Under the pieces are notes generated by a model. It was not told where the DNA came from and ran no database searches. It saw only the letters and a program-made list of their open reading frames with translations. The translations under genes and the position numbers were made by a program. DNA of 50,965 bases from a virus (taxonomy: Duplodnaviria; Caudoviricetes). The first letter of the stretch is position 1. Every line of letters begins with the position of its first letter. Positions 1 through 10,248 of this stretch are shown here, piece after piece. The DNA lies in the IMG/VR virus record IMGVR_UViG_3300037420_002479, positions 1-50,965 of that record; one strand, written 5' to 3'.

Positions 1-726
1 ATGACCAAACAATCGCTAGAAGCGTTGTTTCGGGAGTACCTCCAGGCGCGACAGCAAGGTTTACGAACCGATCTCGCAATTCGACTGAGAAACAAGCTAG
101 TCGAGTTGAATGTAGGACTAGCTCGTGAAGTTGCCCATCGCGCTGCATCGGAATGCCCAGAACCCTACGAAGATTTAGAGCAAATCGCCACGATCGGGCT
201 GATTCGCGCGGTGGAACGATTCGACCCCAACAGCGGCAACGCCTTTAGCTCGTTTGCAGTGCCCTATATCAAAGGGGAAATCCAGCACCACAATCGAGAT
301 CGGGGCTATAGCGTGATCAAGAAGCCCCGTCGAGGGATTGAGCTGGTGTCACGGGTGAAGCGGGTGCAACGCAAACTCAAGGCTCAAGGGTTTGAGGTTG
401 ACGAGTCGCGGGTGGTGAGAGGGCTAAACATTGCTGAGTCGAAATGGCGTGTGGCGTGGGATGCCTACAACTTAGCCCCAGTTGGCAGTTTAGATGAGTC
501 GCTCAACGGGGAAGACGATATCGGCGGCATTGTCAAAACTGACTATTCCTGGTTTAGAGGTTCGATCGCTCGTGTCAGGGAGCCAATCCAAAGCGTACTG
601 ATTGATAAGCATGTATCTGGGATGACTGAGAGTGCGATCGCCAAGAAGCACAAAGTGACGATCGAGCAAATTCAGCTCTGGCTAGAGCAGGGGTCAAAGC
701 AGTTAAAGACGTTGAGCGAGGGTTAG
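1..726 (+). CDS. Phage-encoded sigma-70 family sigma factor, SigB/SigF/SigG type
   Basis: Region 2 motifs RNKLVELNVGLA, EDLEQIATIGLIRAVERFDP, FSSFAVPYIKGEI; degenerate region 4 HTH. Confidence 0.9.
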   Translation: MTKQSLEALFREYLQARQQGLRTDLAIRLRNKLVELNVGLAREVAHRAASECPEPYEDLEQIATIGLIRAVERFDPNSGNAFSSFAVPYIKGEIQHHNRDRGYSVIKKPRRGIELVSRVKRVQRKLKAQGFEVDESRVVRGLNIAESKWRVAWDAYNLAPVGSLDESLNGEDDIGGIVKTDYSWFRGSIARVREPIQSVLIDKHVSGMTESAIAKKHKVTIEQIQLWLEQGSKQLKTLSEG

Positions 727-729
727 ACG

Positions 730-1515
730 ATGACGACAGTAGAAGTGATGCAGAACTTTAATTACGAAGCGCTAGATCTCGAAACTCGTGTGGTGGTGCA
801 GCAGAGAACCAGCGAGATTCGGTCTTTGATGAAGCGGACGGCTCAAGACACGGTTGAAATTGGGCAAAAGTTGCGTGAAGTCAAATCTCGTCTAGAGCAT
901 GGTCTATTTGGCGGTTGGCTCAAGAGCGAGTTTGATTGGGGTTGGCGAACGGCGAACAACTACATTTTGGTGGCAGACAAATTCGCAAATTTTGCGAATA
1001 TCGACACGATCGCTCCGTCGGCACTCTACCTACTAGCCTCATCTTCCACTCCGGAGGATGTGAAGCAAGAATTTCTAGAGCAAGCCGAAGCTGGGGAGCC
1101 GGTGACCCATAAGCAGGTCAAAACCGCCCTTTATACTGCCAAGCCCCAAAAGAGCGCCGCCTCAAAGCTAGAGCCAGGGGAGCAACACACGGTTACGGAG
1201 AAGGCAAGCCCTTACTATGGGCAGTCGGTTAAAGTTGAGCGATCTGAAGGGGAGTTCGTTTACTGCGAAACTCCCGACGGGAAAACAACCCCCCTCCTCC
1301 CTGGTTGGATTGGTGAGCAGCCGCCAGAGAAGGTGAAGCCCGAACCCAAGCCCGACCAAAAAACCGAGCTTTTGGTAAGTCTGGAATTTAAAGTCGGAGT
1401 GAAAGAAGAGCGCATTAGACTGCTAGAGGAGTGGATGACCCGCGTTCTGAATGAAGTAGAACTACCCCCAGACCTTTGCTTAGAGGCTCAAGAGCTACTC
1501 GGTTGGGCATCTTAG
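730..1515 (+). CDS. DUF3102 domain protein
   Basis: EIGQKLREVKSRLEHGLFGGWLKSEFDWGWRTANNYI motif followed by SALYLLA. Confidence 0.8.
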   Translation: MTTVEVMQNFNYEALDLETRVVVQQRTSEIRSLMKRTAQDTVEIGQKLREVKSRLEHGLFGGWLKSEFDWGWRTANNYILVADKFANFANIDTIAPSALYLLASSSTPEDVKQEFLEQAEAGEPVTHKQVKTALYTAKPQKSAASKLEPGEQHTVTEKASPYYGQSVKVERSEGEFVYCETPDGKTTPLLPGWIGEQPPEKVKPEPKPDQKTELLVSLEFKVGVKEERIRLLEEWMTRVLNEVELPPDLCLEAQELLGWAS

Positions 1516-1565
1516 CTTTAGGCGAACGAATTTTGAGCGAGGCGAGCACCTGGTGACAGGTGCTT

Positions 1566-1958
1566 TTATTTTTTGAGAATTGGTAGAGGGCAGGACAAAG
1601 ATTCGAGCTGTTGCATCTTCTGCTCAAGCTGACTGATCTTCCGATCGTGCATCTCAAAGCTTGTTTTCACCGCTTCGCTGAGATTGGTGATCGCTGCCTC
1701 AAGTTTGACCAAGGCTTGATATTGATCTCTTTGTGCCAAAACCAGTTGATCGAACAGCTTCTCTTGCCCAGTTTGCTGCGACTGGACAAGTCTGGTCACA
1801 AGGTCAGATTCTTGCTTTTCTTTCTGAGAAAAGATTTCAAAGCCCTTTTGCAGAATCAACAGGGTTGCTGCTCCCAATACCCCCCACCCTGCTTGTCCAG
1901 GAATGTCAGGCGTGTGGGTTGTAGGTTGTGTAGCCTGAACAAGGATTTGAGCGTGCAT
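1566..1958 (-). CDS. Hypothetical protein with one hydrophobic segment and a coiled coil (possible lysis accessory)
   Basis: GWGVLGAATLLIL segment then heptad-rich region; preceded by AGGAAC late motif. Confidence 0.6.
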   Translation of the reverse strand: MHAQILVQATQPTTHTPDIPGQAGWGVLGAATLLILQKGFEIFSQKEKQESDLVTRLVQSQQTGQEKLFDQLVLAQRDQYQALVKLEAAITNLSEAVKTSFEMHDRKISQLEQKMQQLESLSCPLPILKK

Positions 1959-2022
1959 GGTGGTGATTTCAGATTTGCTTCAGAGTTCCTTCTCTGGGAA
2001 TTCTTCAGAAAATCTTTAGGCT

Positions 2023-2364
2023 ATGGAACTAACCGAATTTCCCCAAGCTATTGCAGATCTGCAAACTGAGCACCTAAAGGCAGAGCAAACCGTTCGGCAC
2101 TGGCAATCGCAGGTAGATCGAGTGATTGGCGAGATTGAGTCTACGATCGCCTTTGAGAAGTCGCTAACGAACGAAGCGCAACGAAAAGCAATGCGACTGG
2201 AATTGATGCAGCAAACCGAAGTGCAAACGGCAATGGAAACGCTGCAATTGGCACAAGATCAGAAAACAGAACGAGCCATTCAACTAGAGCTACTGAGAAA
2301 CCAATTTAGTGTGGCGAAATTGGCGGAACGGCGTGCTATTGCTCAGTTAGAGACGACATGCTGA
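2023..2364 (+). CDS. Hypothetical coiled-coil protein
   Basis: 113-aa helical ORF preceded by GGGAAT motif at 1996. Confidence 0.65.
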   Translation: MELTEFPQAIADLQTEHLKAEQTVRHWQSQVDRVIGEIESTIAFEKSLTNEAQRKAMRLELMQQTEVQTAMETLQLAQDQKTERAIQLELLRNQFSVAKLAERRAIAQLETTC

Positions 2365-2460
2365 TCAGCCTAGCTATTCTCGCAATGTTCGTGGGTATGT
2401 CGATTGGTCTATGCACCCTGTCTTGAGGTTATAGATGCGTGCCCTGAAGGGGCTTTTTCA

Positions 2461-3300
2461 TCACAATTTTGCGATGAGTGACGCCGTTTTCCCTGTAAAT
2501 GCCTCCCACCGTTGAAGAATCACTTCGCAGTACTCTGGCATTAACTCACACCCATACACCATGTGCTCGCTTGATAGTCTCTCTGCGGCAATGATGCTCG
2601 TTCCTGAACCGAGAAAGGGGTCGAAGCAGGTGAATGTTGTCTTGGCATATTTCCGCCAGAACCACTCCACCATCTCAACCGGCTTTTGATTGGGGTGTAT
2701 CCGTCTTTCGTTCGCCGCAATCCCTTGCTTGACCATGCCGTTCCATCGCCAAGCAAACTTACGAACGGCTGTCTTTTGATTCGTCCATGCCAGCTCGCAA
2801 TCCGCAAAACTTGTCGCACCGTTTAGCTTGTCCCAAACAATCCAACATCGGCTGAAGGGGAGCCCGTGTGAGTAGTGGTTAGCGCCCCACCAAATGTGTG
2901 CAGCTTTGGGAAAGAGCTGTTGACATAGCTTGAAAGATGCAATTGCTGTGTCAGTTGTGTCATCCCCGGCAATGATTGGGTAGGGCCGGGCTTCAGCGTC
3001 TATGGGTTTTCCGCGAGAAAAAGTGCTGACCTTGCCTTTACTTCCTCCACCAATCCGACCGTCTTTGTTCTGAATTTTGATGCCGTAAGGTGGGTCGCTC
3101 CAAATTAAACCAGGCGGAGTTGTGCCCAGTAGTTGCCGAATAACTTGCTCATCGAGCGAGCTACCGCAGCAGATGTGATGCCGTCCTAATTGCCAGGTTT
3201 CTCCTGGTTGGACCCGAATTTGAATTGAGCCGTCTGCGATTTGTTGGAGTACATCGCCAACGACTTTTCTACTTTTGATTGACTCAATTTGATTGCTCAT
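2461..3300 (-). CDS. DNA methyltransferase (N6-A/N4-C, beta-class motif order)
   Basis: SDPPY catalytic motif, HPNQKP, FDPFLGSGT SAM-binding motif. Confidence 0.9.
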   Translation of the reverse strand: MSNQIESIKSRKVVGDVLQQIADGSIQIRVQPGETWQLGRHHICCGSSLDEQVIRQLLGTTPPGLIWSDPPYGIKIQNKDGRIGGGSKGKVSTFSRGKPIDAEARPYPIIAGDDTTDTAIASFKLCQQLFPKAAHIWWGANHYSHGLPFSRCWIVWDKLNGATSFADCELAWTNQKTAVRKFAWRWNGMVKQGIAANERRIHPNQKPVEMVEWFWRKYAKTTFTCFDPFLGSGTSIIAAERLSSEHMVYGCELMPEYCEVILQRWEAFTGKTASLIAKL

Positions 3301-3344
3301 AACTCTGGCGCAAAAAATGTGCTCCAGAATTCCTGCACACCAGG

Positions 3345-4151
3345 TTAAAACTCTAGATAATCGTTGGCTGACTGATCTGGGAACGAAGACAGATAAAAAT
3401 TCGTGGTGGCTACTGAGGCGTGACGAAGGGTATCTCTAACCAAATGAATGGGCGCACCCGCTTCTAAGGAATGCTTGGCTAAGGCGTGTCTCAACCAATG
3501 GAGTGATATCTTTGGATTCAAACCCGCATTCTTCACTGCCTGCTTGATGATGTTGTGTGCTTCCCGACGCTCGAAACGAAACAGTCGCTCATCAGATCCC
3601 CGCAACACTTGAAGTTTCTCCCAAACTGAATTCGGAACGATAACCGATGCTGTTTTACCCCCCTTGCCGCAAATACTCACCTGCACTTTGCCGTCTGACC
3701 TAACCGTGAAATCTTCCCACTTGAGACTACAGGCTTCTGATGCTCGAAGGGCTAGAGCATAGGTCACGAGCAAAAACAATCGATCGCGCTCTGATTTGGC
3801 AGAGTCAATAATTTTATTGACCTCTTCACGGGTGAGAATTCGACCTGCGAGGTTAGGAGAATGTTGTGGGGGCTTCATCCCAGCCGCGACGTTAATCGAT
3901 AAATGCTGCTGTTCGGTGGCGAACGTGAACAACGATTTGACCGCATTGATTTTGCGCGTCTGACTGGTCGGTTTGAGTTGACGACGCTCTAGCTCAGTGG
4001 CAAATTCCTGGATTTCTTTCAGCGTTACATCTTGCAATGGACGGTCCACAAAGCCTAAAAACTGCCCAACATCCGTTCGATAACTCTCGATCGTTCGCTT
4101 CGATCGACCGTGTAACCACATCTCAATAATTTCACTATCAGGACGACTCAA
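3345..4151 (-). CDS. Tyrosine recombinase / integrase (XerC/D-like)
   Basis: SAM-like N-terminal domain; LRASE, GKGGK, HWLRH, LRH, FY catalytic residues. Confidence 0.9.
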   Translation of the reverse strand: MSRPDSEIIEMWLHGRSKRTIESYRTDVGQFLGFVDRPLQDVTLKEIQEFATELERRQLKPTSQTRKINAVKSLFTFATEQQHLSINVAAGMKPPQHSPNLAGRILTREEVNKIIDSAKSERDRLFLLVTYALALRASEACSLKWEDFTVRSDGKVQVSICGKGGKTASVIVPNSVWEKLQVLRGSDERLFRFERREAHNIIKQAVKNAGLNPKISLHWLRHALAKHSLEAGAPIHLVRDTLRHASVATTNFYLSSFPDQSANDYLEF

Positions 4152-4378
4152 AATTCGATTCCAAAATCATCGCCTCAAGTGTTCCTATATCGATTGCTCC
4201 TAAGGCTTGTTAGGTGCAAGAAAACGCTGTCAATCATCCCCCAGCCCCCACACCGCGCCTGTTTCACCCCCTGAAAACCGACCATACGAAAACGGAAAAC
4301 CTCTGAGCGATCGCATCTCCTCAAATCCCCGCTCCGTAGGAACTTTACAAGCGTTAATGGTTTTCGCACACTCCGAAA

Positions 4379-4849
4379 ATGCCTGCCCCGATCGACCCGA
4401 AATTAAAAGCTCAAATTCGACGTGCCTACGTCAATAGCAAGCTCACGTTTGGGGAGCTGGCAAAGCAGTTTGATGTCAGCGATCGCTCAATTCAGAATTG
4501 GGCAAAGGCAGAAAATTGGGATGCAGAGCGCAAGGCTGAGAACGTCATCGAGTTTGCTCGTCAGCCCAAACAAGAGCGTCCTCCTGTGCGTACCAGAGTC
4601 AATTCTGACGATGCCCTAGCGATCGCTGATCTCATTATTTCCGACTTGCAAGGTGAAATGGCGCGGGGCGATGTAACCGCAAAAGATAAAGCCTCCGTTG
4701 CCAATGCGCTGAAGGCGTGGGTCGAGTATCGTCGCAAAATTCACCCCCCTACCGTTGCCGAATTGGTCGAACTGGCGATCAAGTTGAATGTTGGACCCGA
4801 CGAATTTTTGACTGAGTTGAGAAACGCTTGGAAACGAAAAGCCGTTTAA
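4379..4849 (+). CDS. terS: Terminase small subunit (putative)
   Basis: N-terminal HTH (TFGELAKQFDVSDRSIQNWAKAENW) immediately upstream of terL. Confidence 0.75.
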   Translation: MPAPIDPKLKAQIRRAYVNSKLTFGELAKQFDVSDRSIQNWAKAENWDAERKAENVIEFARQPKQERPPVRTRVNSDDALAIADLIISDLQGEMARGDVTAKDKASVANALKAWVEYRRKIHPPTVAELVELAIKLNVGPDEFLTELRNAWKRKAV

Positions 4850-4855
4850 TGATGC

Positions 4856-6460
4856 GTGGCAAAAGAAAACATCAGACAGCAATGGGAAGCCGCGATCGCG
4901 CAAATAGACGACGGGCGGACTGAGAATGCAGTAATTTGGAGTGCGATCGACGAATTAGATCGTTATCACCTGATTAGTGACTGCCTCGATCGTCGAAAAC
5001 AGCTTTTAGAATCCACTGAAGAAAATCCCGATTTAATCGATGCCATTTTGACACAATGCGCCAATGACCCCGCCCAATGGGTGAAAGACTGGGTGTGGAC
5101 CTATGACCCCCGTCGATCACCGGCTGTGATCCCGATGAACTTGTTCGATCGTCAATCGGCTTACCTCTACTGGAGGCAAGAGCGCCGATCTCGCAAGGAA
5201 CATGGGCTAATTGAGAAGTCTCGTGACATGGGGTTAACCTGGCTCAACTGTTGCGCCCAGCTCCATGCGTGGCTGTTTGAATCAGGCTACAAGGGGACGG
5301 TGGGATCTCGCAAAGAAATGCTCGTCGATCGCATTGGTGATCCGGATTCGATTTTCGAGAAAATGCGGTTCATCATTCGCTATTTGCCCGACTGGATGCG
5401 ACCCCAAAACTACAGTGATGGCAGTCTGAAGCTGATCAACAAGGATAAGGGATGCTCTATCACGGGTGAAGCAGGCGATAACATGGGGCGCGGCGGACGC
5501 TCTAGCGTTTACGACGTGGATGAAGCGGCATTTATTGAACGAGCCGAGCGGGTAGATGCGGCAATCTCTCAAAACACGGAAGTGGTGTTCTACACTTCCA
5601 CACCCAACGGACCCGGCAACCCGTTTGCTCAGAAGCGACTCAGCGGCAAAATCGAGGTATTTACGTTCCACTGGCGAGATGATCCCCGCAAAGATGACAA
5701 GTGGTATCAGAAGCAGGTTTCAACCCTTGATCCTGTGATTGTTGCTCAGGAAATTGATATCGACTACAACGCCTCGATCGAAGGGGTGACGATTCCCCAT
5801 AAGTGGGTGTTGGCAGCTATCAATTTAGACTTGCCGATGAGGGGCGATCAGACGGCAGGGTTAGACATTGCCGATGAGGGTAAAGATTCTAATGTCTTGA
5901 TTGCCCGTCATGGTCCGGTGGTGACAGATATCGAGTCTTGGGGTGAGGGCAACACCACGCAGACGGCATACAAAACCATTGAGCTGGCGAGAACCCTGCA
6001 ATTTGCCCACCTCAATTACGACGCGATCGGAGTGGGAGCGGGTGTGGGTGGTACGCTGTCGAGCGCGGATCATCTCCCGTTCACGATTCAGCCGATTAAC
6101 GGCAGCGGGGCGGTGAGCGATACGGTCTGGAGTGAGTTTGACGATCGGACGAGTTCTGAAATCTTTAAAAACTTGAGAGCGGAGCTTTGGTGGCTGCTGA
6201 GGCGACGGTTTGAAAAGACCTATGAGCACGTCAATGGGCTGGCAACTTACCCCCTAGACGAATTGATCTCAATTCCCAACCACCCGATGTTGATTGCCCA
6301 GCTCAGTCAACCTCTGAGGAAATTTAATGAGTCTGGGAAAATTGTAATTGAGAGCAAAGAGGACATGGCGCGTCGGGGCATTAAGTCGCCAGACTATGCG
6401 GATGCCCTTGTTTATGCCTTTGCCCGTTACCTCAATGCTGCATGGTGGAGCCAAATCTAA
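4856..6460 (+). CDS. terL: Terminase large subunit
   Basis: Walker A-like KSRDMGLTW, Walker B VDEAA, STPNG, nuclease GLDIADEGKD and SPDYADA. Confidence 0.93.
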   Translation: MAKENIRQQWEAAIAQIDDGRTENAVIWSAIDELDRYHLISDCLDRRKQLLESTEENPDLIDAILTQCANDPAQWVKDWVWTYDPRRSPAVIPMNLFDRQSAYLYWRQERRSRKEHGLIEKSRDMGLTWLNCCAQLHAWLFESGYKGTVGSRKEMLVDRIGDPDSIFEKMRFIIRYLPDWMRPQNYSDGSLKLINKDKGCSITGEAGDNMGRGGRSSVYDVDEAAFIERAERVDAAISQNTEVVFYTSTPNGPGNPFAQKRLSGKIEVFTFHWRDDPRKDDKWYQKQVSTLDPVIVAQEIDIDYNASIEGVTIPHKWVLAAINLDLPMRGDQTAGLDIADEGKDSNVLIARHGPVVTDIESWGEGNTTQTAYKTIELARTLQFAHLNYDAIGVGAGVGGTLSSADHLPFTIQPINGSGAVSDTVWSEFDDRTSSEIFKNLRAELWWLLRRRFEKTYEHVNGLATYPLDELISIPNHPMLIAQLSQPLRKFNESGKIVIESKEDMARRGIKSPDYADALVYAFARYLNAAWWSQI

Positions 6461-6871
6461 ATGTCAATTTACACAGATCTAGCTGAAGCACTGGGATTCG
6501 TAAAGGAACTGACCTTGATTTCTGGGCGAGATGCAATTCTGACGCAAAAGCTCAAGGCTTCAGCAGGCAAACTGAAAGCTGATACTGAGGTTGAGGGAGA
6601 AACGATCCCATCGGGTACAAAAATTTACCGCTTTTACTACGTTGCTGCTAAAACACTCCAACAGGATCGACAAACGCAATTCATCAAACAAGCGGATGGG
6701 GCAACGTTCGGTGGAATGGCAGTTCCGATCGACTCCCTAATGGATGAGCAACTCGCGATCGACACTGCATTTAATCTGGATGTGCCGAATGGGTTTGTTG
6801 CAACGATCGATCTAGATGGTTCAATGAATGCGGGCGATAGTTCGCCCGTGATGTCGATTTTGGTTGGCTAG
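6461..6871 (+). CDS. Hypothetical virion protein (possible head-tail adaptor)
   Basis: 136-aa ORF coupled to the terL stop; function inferred from position only. Confidence 0.55.
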   Translation: MSIYTDLAEALGFVKELTLISGRDAILTQKLKASAGKLKADTEVEGETIPSGTKIYRFYYVAAKTLQQDRQTQFIKQADGATFGGMAVPIDSLMDEQLAIDTAFNLDVPNGFVATIDLDGSMNAGDSSPVMSILVG

Positions 6872-6873
6872 AT

Positions 6874-7098
6874 ATGGATCATGAGATTTGCGAGGCGATC
6901 AAAACCTTATCTAGATATGAGTATCGCGGGCACTCAAAATGGCAAGCGACACAATCCGCCCGCTATGATGGCGGTGAATTTCACTCAAAAGATACAAGTG
7001 TGCAATCTATTGACGGCGAAATTCAATTCACCGAATTTGAGGCATTAGCGATCGCTCGGGGCTTGAAGGACGGCACGATCAGCCAGTGTATGGGGTAG
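6874..7098 (+). CDS. Hypothetical protein
   Basis: 74-aa ORF tightly packed in operon. Confidence 0.5.
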   Translation: MDHEICEAIKTLSRYEYRGHSKWQATQSARYDGGEFHSKDTSVQSIDGEIQFTEFEALAIARGLKDGTISQCMG

Positions 7099-7100
7099 CA

Positions 7101-7304
7101 ATGTTCAAGAAGTTTGAGAATTTTCTAGTTGAACGGTGCAATCGTTGGATTTGTATTTGGCTGCTCTCGTTCTTTTTTGCATACCCTCTATGGCGTTGCC
7201 TACTTTGGATTGCTCCGTTGAGCTATTGGCAAATGTTAACGATGTTAATAGCGATCGGGCCGATTGCTGATTTTGTGGCATTGGTGGTCAAGAAGCCTGT
7301 GTAG
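7101..7304 (+). CDS. Small membrane protein
   Basis: Two hydrophobic segments; ATG 7101 follows the upstream stop. Confidence 0.5.
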   Translation: MFKKFENFLVERCNRWICIWLLSFFFAYPLWRCLLWIAPLSYWQMLTMLIAIGPIADFVALVVKKPV

Positions 7305-7309
7305 CTCAT

Positions 7310-7344
7310 AGGAACTCTCACCCAGAACGAATCACGGCTGGGCA
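7310..7344 (+). promoter_or_regulatory. Representative late-gene motif RGGAAH plus leader hairpin (14 copies listed in findings)
   Basis: AGGAAC 29 nt before the portal ATG, followed by a CCCAG/CTGGG stem. Confidence 0.7.
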
Positions 7345-8967
7345 ATGAGTGACGAAACGACGGCAATCGAACTAACCAGGAACGATGGAGCGCTACTTAA
7401 CGCATTTGGCTCTCTCATTGGTAATCGCAACACGGGTTTAGGGCAGTCAGGGCGCGATAAATTCCTTGACACGTCAATCAATACGATCGTTCTGCCCCTC
7501 GATCGAATGGAGCTTCACGCGCTCTATCGCAATAGCAAGATCTGTGAAAAAGTCGTAGACCTCCTCCCAAAAGCAGCCACGTCCAAAACATGGCTCGAAA
7601 TCACGCTGGGCAAAGGGCGAAAGAACATCCCAGCTAAGGCGCTTCAGTATGCCAACGATTTAAAGCTTCGCGATGCTGTGAGAGAGGCGGCAATTCTCGG
7701 CAGATTGGAAGGCGATGGTTTTATTGTGATGGGCATTGATGACGGGCAACTCCCAGACGTCCCCGTTAACGAGAAAAACATTCGTCAGATTTCGTGGCTG
7801 GAAGTTGTCACTCGCTACCAGCTCATACCGGAAACCAATACAGGACGACCGGGTAAACCAGAGTTTTACCGTCTGGCATTGCCCCAGAACCAGGGGTTGG
7901 GGGACGGCATGACCTTTGGGCGCATCCATAGATCGCGCATTCTCCGCTTCCCTGGCAAACGGCTCTATGGCGATATGCTCAGCTACAACAGCCACTACCA
8001 TGATTCGGTGCTGTTGGCGTTTTGGCAGAGTTTTATCAAATATCTGACCACGATCGAGTATTCGGTTCGCATGGTGCAGGACTATGACACCTTTGCTTAC
8101 AGCTTGAAAGGGTTGGGCGAACTGATTCTGCGCGGCAAGACAGAGGACATCCTCAAGCGTTTTCAGGCGATTCTGCTCTCTAAATCGTCGCTAGGTGGCA
8201 TTGCGATGGATGCCGAAGAAAGCGCATCCTATGTCTCTCGCAACTTTAGCGGTTTGGATGCCCTGATTGAGCGAATGAAGGATGATACTTCAGCATCGGC
8301 TGATATGCCCCCGACTAAACTATGGGGGAGTTCTCAAAAGTCCGCTCTCTCGAATAGTTCTGAAGGGGACAAGTATCATTGGGCAGATTGCGTTGAAGAC
8401 TATCAGGCAGAAGCGATCGACGAACCTGTAACCGATTTTTTCCGCCTCAGTTTCTTAGCCCAAAACGGTGCGACGGGTGGCAGAGTACCGGAAGGATGGA
8501 GCCTGAAATACAAGTCGGTGCTGCAATTGAACCTGAAAGAGCAGGTGGAACTGAGAGCAATGCAAACAAAGGATGTCGATGTGCCCTCAGTACAAGCTGG
8601 ATTCTTGAGCCAAGAAGAGGTTCGCCAAGCTGCCTGGAGTGGATCAGAGTATTCGATCGAGCGCACACTACTTTCAAGCGAATTGCCCCAACCCCAAGCC
8701 TTGGCAGTTGGGGCTGGAAACACAGCAATGGGCGAAAAGTTGCCAACAGACAAGCAATTGCCCTCAGATAAACAAACTCAAGTGGCTGCAAACCAAGTGA
8801 GCAAAGCAGACGCGGCTGAACCGCTGAAAATTGCGGGTGAGGTACTGAGTGAGGATGAGTACGGCGCGATCGCAGAAATCAATCAGCCTGATATCGATGC
8901 GGCGTTGAAGGAGTGGCGATCGAGTGCCCCGGATAAGTTCAAGGGGTTGCTCGATGGTCAACCTTAG
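7345..8967 (+). CDS. Portal protein (DUF1073 family)
   Basis: LYRNSKICEKVVD, IHRSRILRFPG, ADMPPTKLWG motifs; position after terL. Confidence 0.87.
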   Translation: MSDETTAIELTRNDGALLNAFGSLIGNRNTGLGQSGRDKFLDTSINTIVLPLDRMELHALYRNSKICEKVVDLLPKAATSKTWLEITLGKGRKNIPAKALQYANDLKLRDAVREAAILGRLEGDGFIVMGIDDGQLPDVPVNEKNIRQISWLEVVTRYQLIPETNTGRPGKPEFYRLALPQNQGLGDGMTFGRIHRSRILRFPGKRLYGDMLSYNSHYHDSVLLAFWQSFIKYLTTIEYSVRMVQDYDTFAYSLKGLGELILRGKTEDILKRFQAILLSKSSLGGIAMDAEESASYVSRNFSGLDALIERMKDDTSASADMPPTKLWGSSQKSALSNSSEGDKYHWADCVEDYQAEAIDEPVTDFFRLSFLAQNGATGGRVPEGWSLKYKSVLQLNLKEQVELRAMQTKDVDVPSVQAGFLSQEEVRQAAWSGSEYSIERTLLSSELPQPQALAVGAGNTAMGEKLPTDKQLPSDKQTQVAANQVSKADAAEPLKIAGEVLSEDEYGAIAEINQPDIDAALKEWRSSAPDKFKGLLDGQP

Positions 8968-9607
8968 CGACCCGTTGCCAATTCGTCTAGATTCACCCGA
9001 CTTTACTTGGGATGCCCGATCGCGGCGCTATCGCTATGCCGATTCGGGTAAATTCGTCCCCCGTGAGGCAATGCTCAATCTCCAAAAGGGCTATGTGGAG
9101 ACGATTAAGGGTGATTTGCAAACGTTGGGGGGGTTGGTGGCAGACGGCAAAATAAGTTTAAAGACATGGCAAGAAACCACAGCTCAAACGATTAAAACGT
9201 TGCACATCAACCAAGCTATTTTGGGACGCGGTGGCGTTGACCAGATGACCCCAGCCGATTATTTAGCAGTCGGTCGGGAGTTACGATCGCAGTACAAATA
9301 TTTAAGGCAGTTTGCGGTAGACCTCACCCAAGGCACCATGACCCGTGCTCAATTTGAGGCAAGGCTGAACCTGTATGCCAACAGCTCAAACATCAGTTTC
9401 TCGCAGGCACAGCAGCAGAATTCCGTGGATAACGGCGATCGCTACATGCGAAGAATTCTCCATGCCCGTGAATCGTGCCCGGATTGCATTCGCTATGCAG
9501 CGGCTGGGGTAGTAGCGATCGGCTCGTTGCCATTACCGAAGCAGAATTGCCAATGTGGTGCAAACTGTAGGTGCAGTGTTGAGTATTTGCAGGAGTTGCC
9601 TACTTGA
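8954..9607 (+). CDS. Head morphogenesis / minor capsid-like protein
   Basis: Follows portal; C-terminal CPDC...CGANCRC typical of Mu gpF/SPP1 gp7-like proteins; ATG 8954 preferred. Confidence 0.7.
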   Translation: MVNLSDPLPIRLDSPDFTWDARSRRYRYADSGKFVPREAMLNLQKGYVETIKGDLQTLGGLVADGKISLKTWQETTAQTIKTLHINQAILGRGGVDQMTPADYLAVGRELRSQYKYLRQFAVDLTQGTMTRAQFEARLNLYANSSNISFSQAQQQNSVDNGDRYMRRILHARESCPDCIRYAAAGVVAIGSLPLPKQNCQCGANCRCSVEYLQELPT

Positions 9608-9954
9608 ACGCCATTGATCGCCCCTCGCACTACCAGGGAGCCGCGCATAAAGCTCGCTACGTCCTCAATGTCTTGGGAATTCCAACCGAGTATCTAGATT
9701 CGGAGTGCATCAAGGTTATTGAAGGTTTCGATCTCAATTTCCACTTGGGTAATGCGGTGAAATATCTCTGGCGTTGTGACAGAAAAGGTCAAGAAAATGA
9801 GGATCTAGAAAAAGCAAAGTGGTATCTGCAACGCTGGCTCCAGTGGACAGACGATCCAGTCGATGACTCGCCAGAAGAGCAGAAGGCTCGTCGAGCGATC
9901 GCGCTGATTGATGAATTGCTGAAGGAAGGCGAGGGTATTGGCTCATCACCTTAG
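9604..9954 (+). CDS. DUF3310 domain protein
   Basis: PSHY...FHLGNAVKYLWRC..K...EDLEKAKWYL. Confidence 0.85.
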   Translation: MNAIDRPSHYQGAAHKARYVLNVLGIPTEYLDSECIKVIEGFDLNFHLGNAVKYLWRCDRKGQENEDLEKAKWYLQRWLQWTDDPVDDSPEEQKARRAIALIDELLKEGEGIGSSP

Positions 9955-10248
9955 CCAGTCTAAGCCACCACTTCTTATCACTGGCTTGACCTTCCTGAAG
10001 ATGCGATCTCTGACCAACTTTGTGCGACTCCCGCTAGGTCAATCGGTAGGCGTCGGAGATGAAGTATCAGTCGCTTTCTGATTTGTCTTTCACTGCATTG
10101 ATAGCGGTCAACGCCCCCCGGACTCTCGACTATCGCAGCTACAGTCTTATGCCGAGTAACTCGGCTCTCTCCCTAGTTTTAGAAGCGATCGCAATGAAAT
10201 TCTAACTCAAGGTAGGAATTCCAACAGCAGTTTAACCCACTGCTGACA

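Noticed and set aside
981-999. Palindrome ATTCGCAAATTTTGCGAAT inside the DUF3102 gene
   Set aside because: Single occurrence within coding sequence; could be a binding site but has no further support
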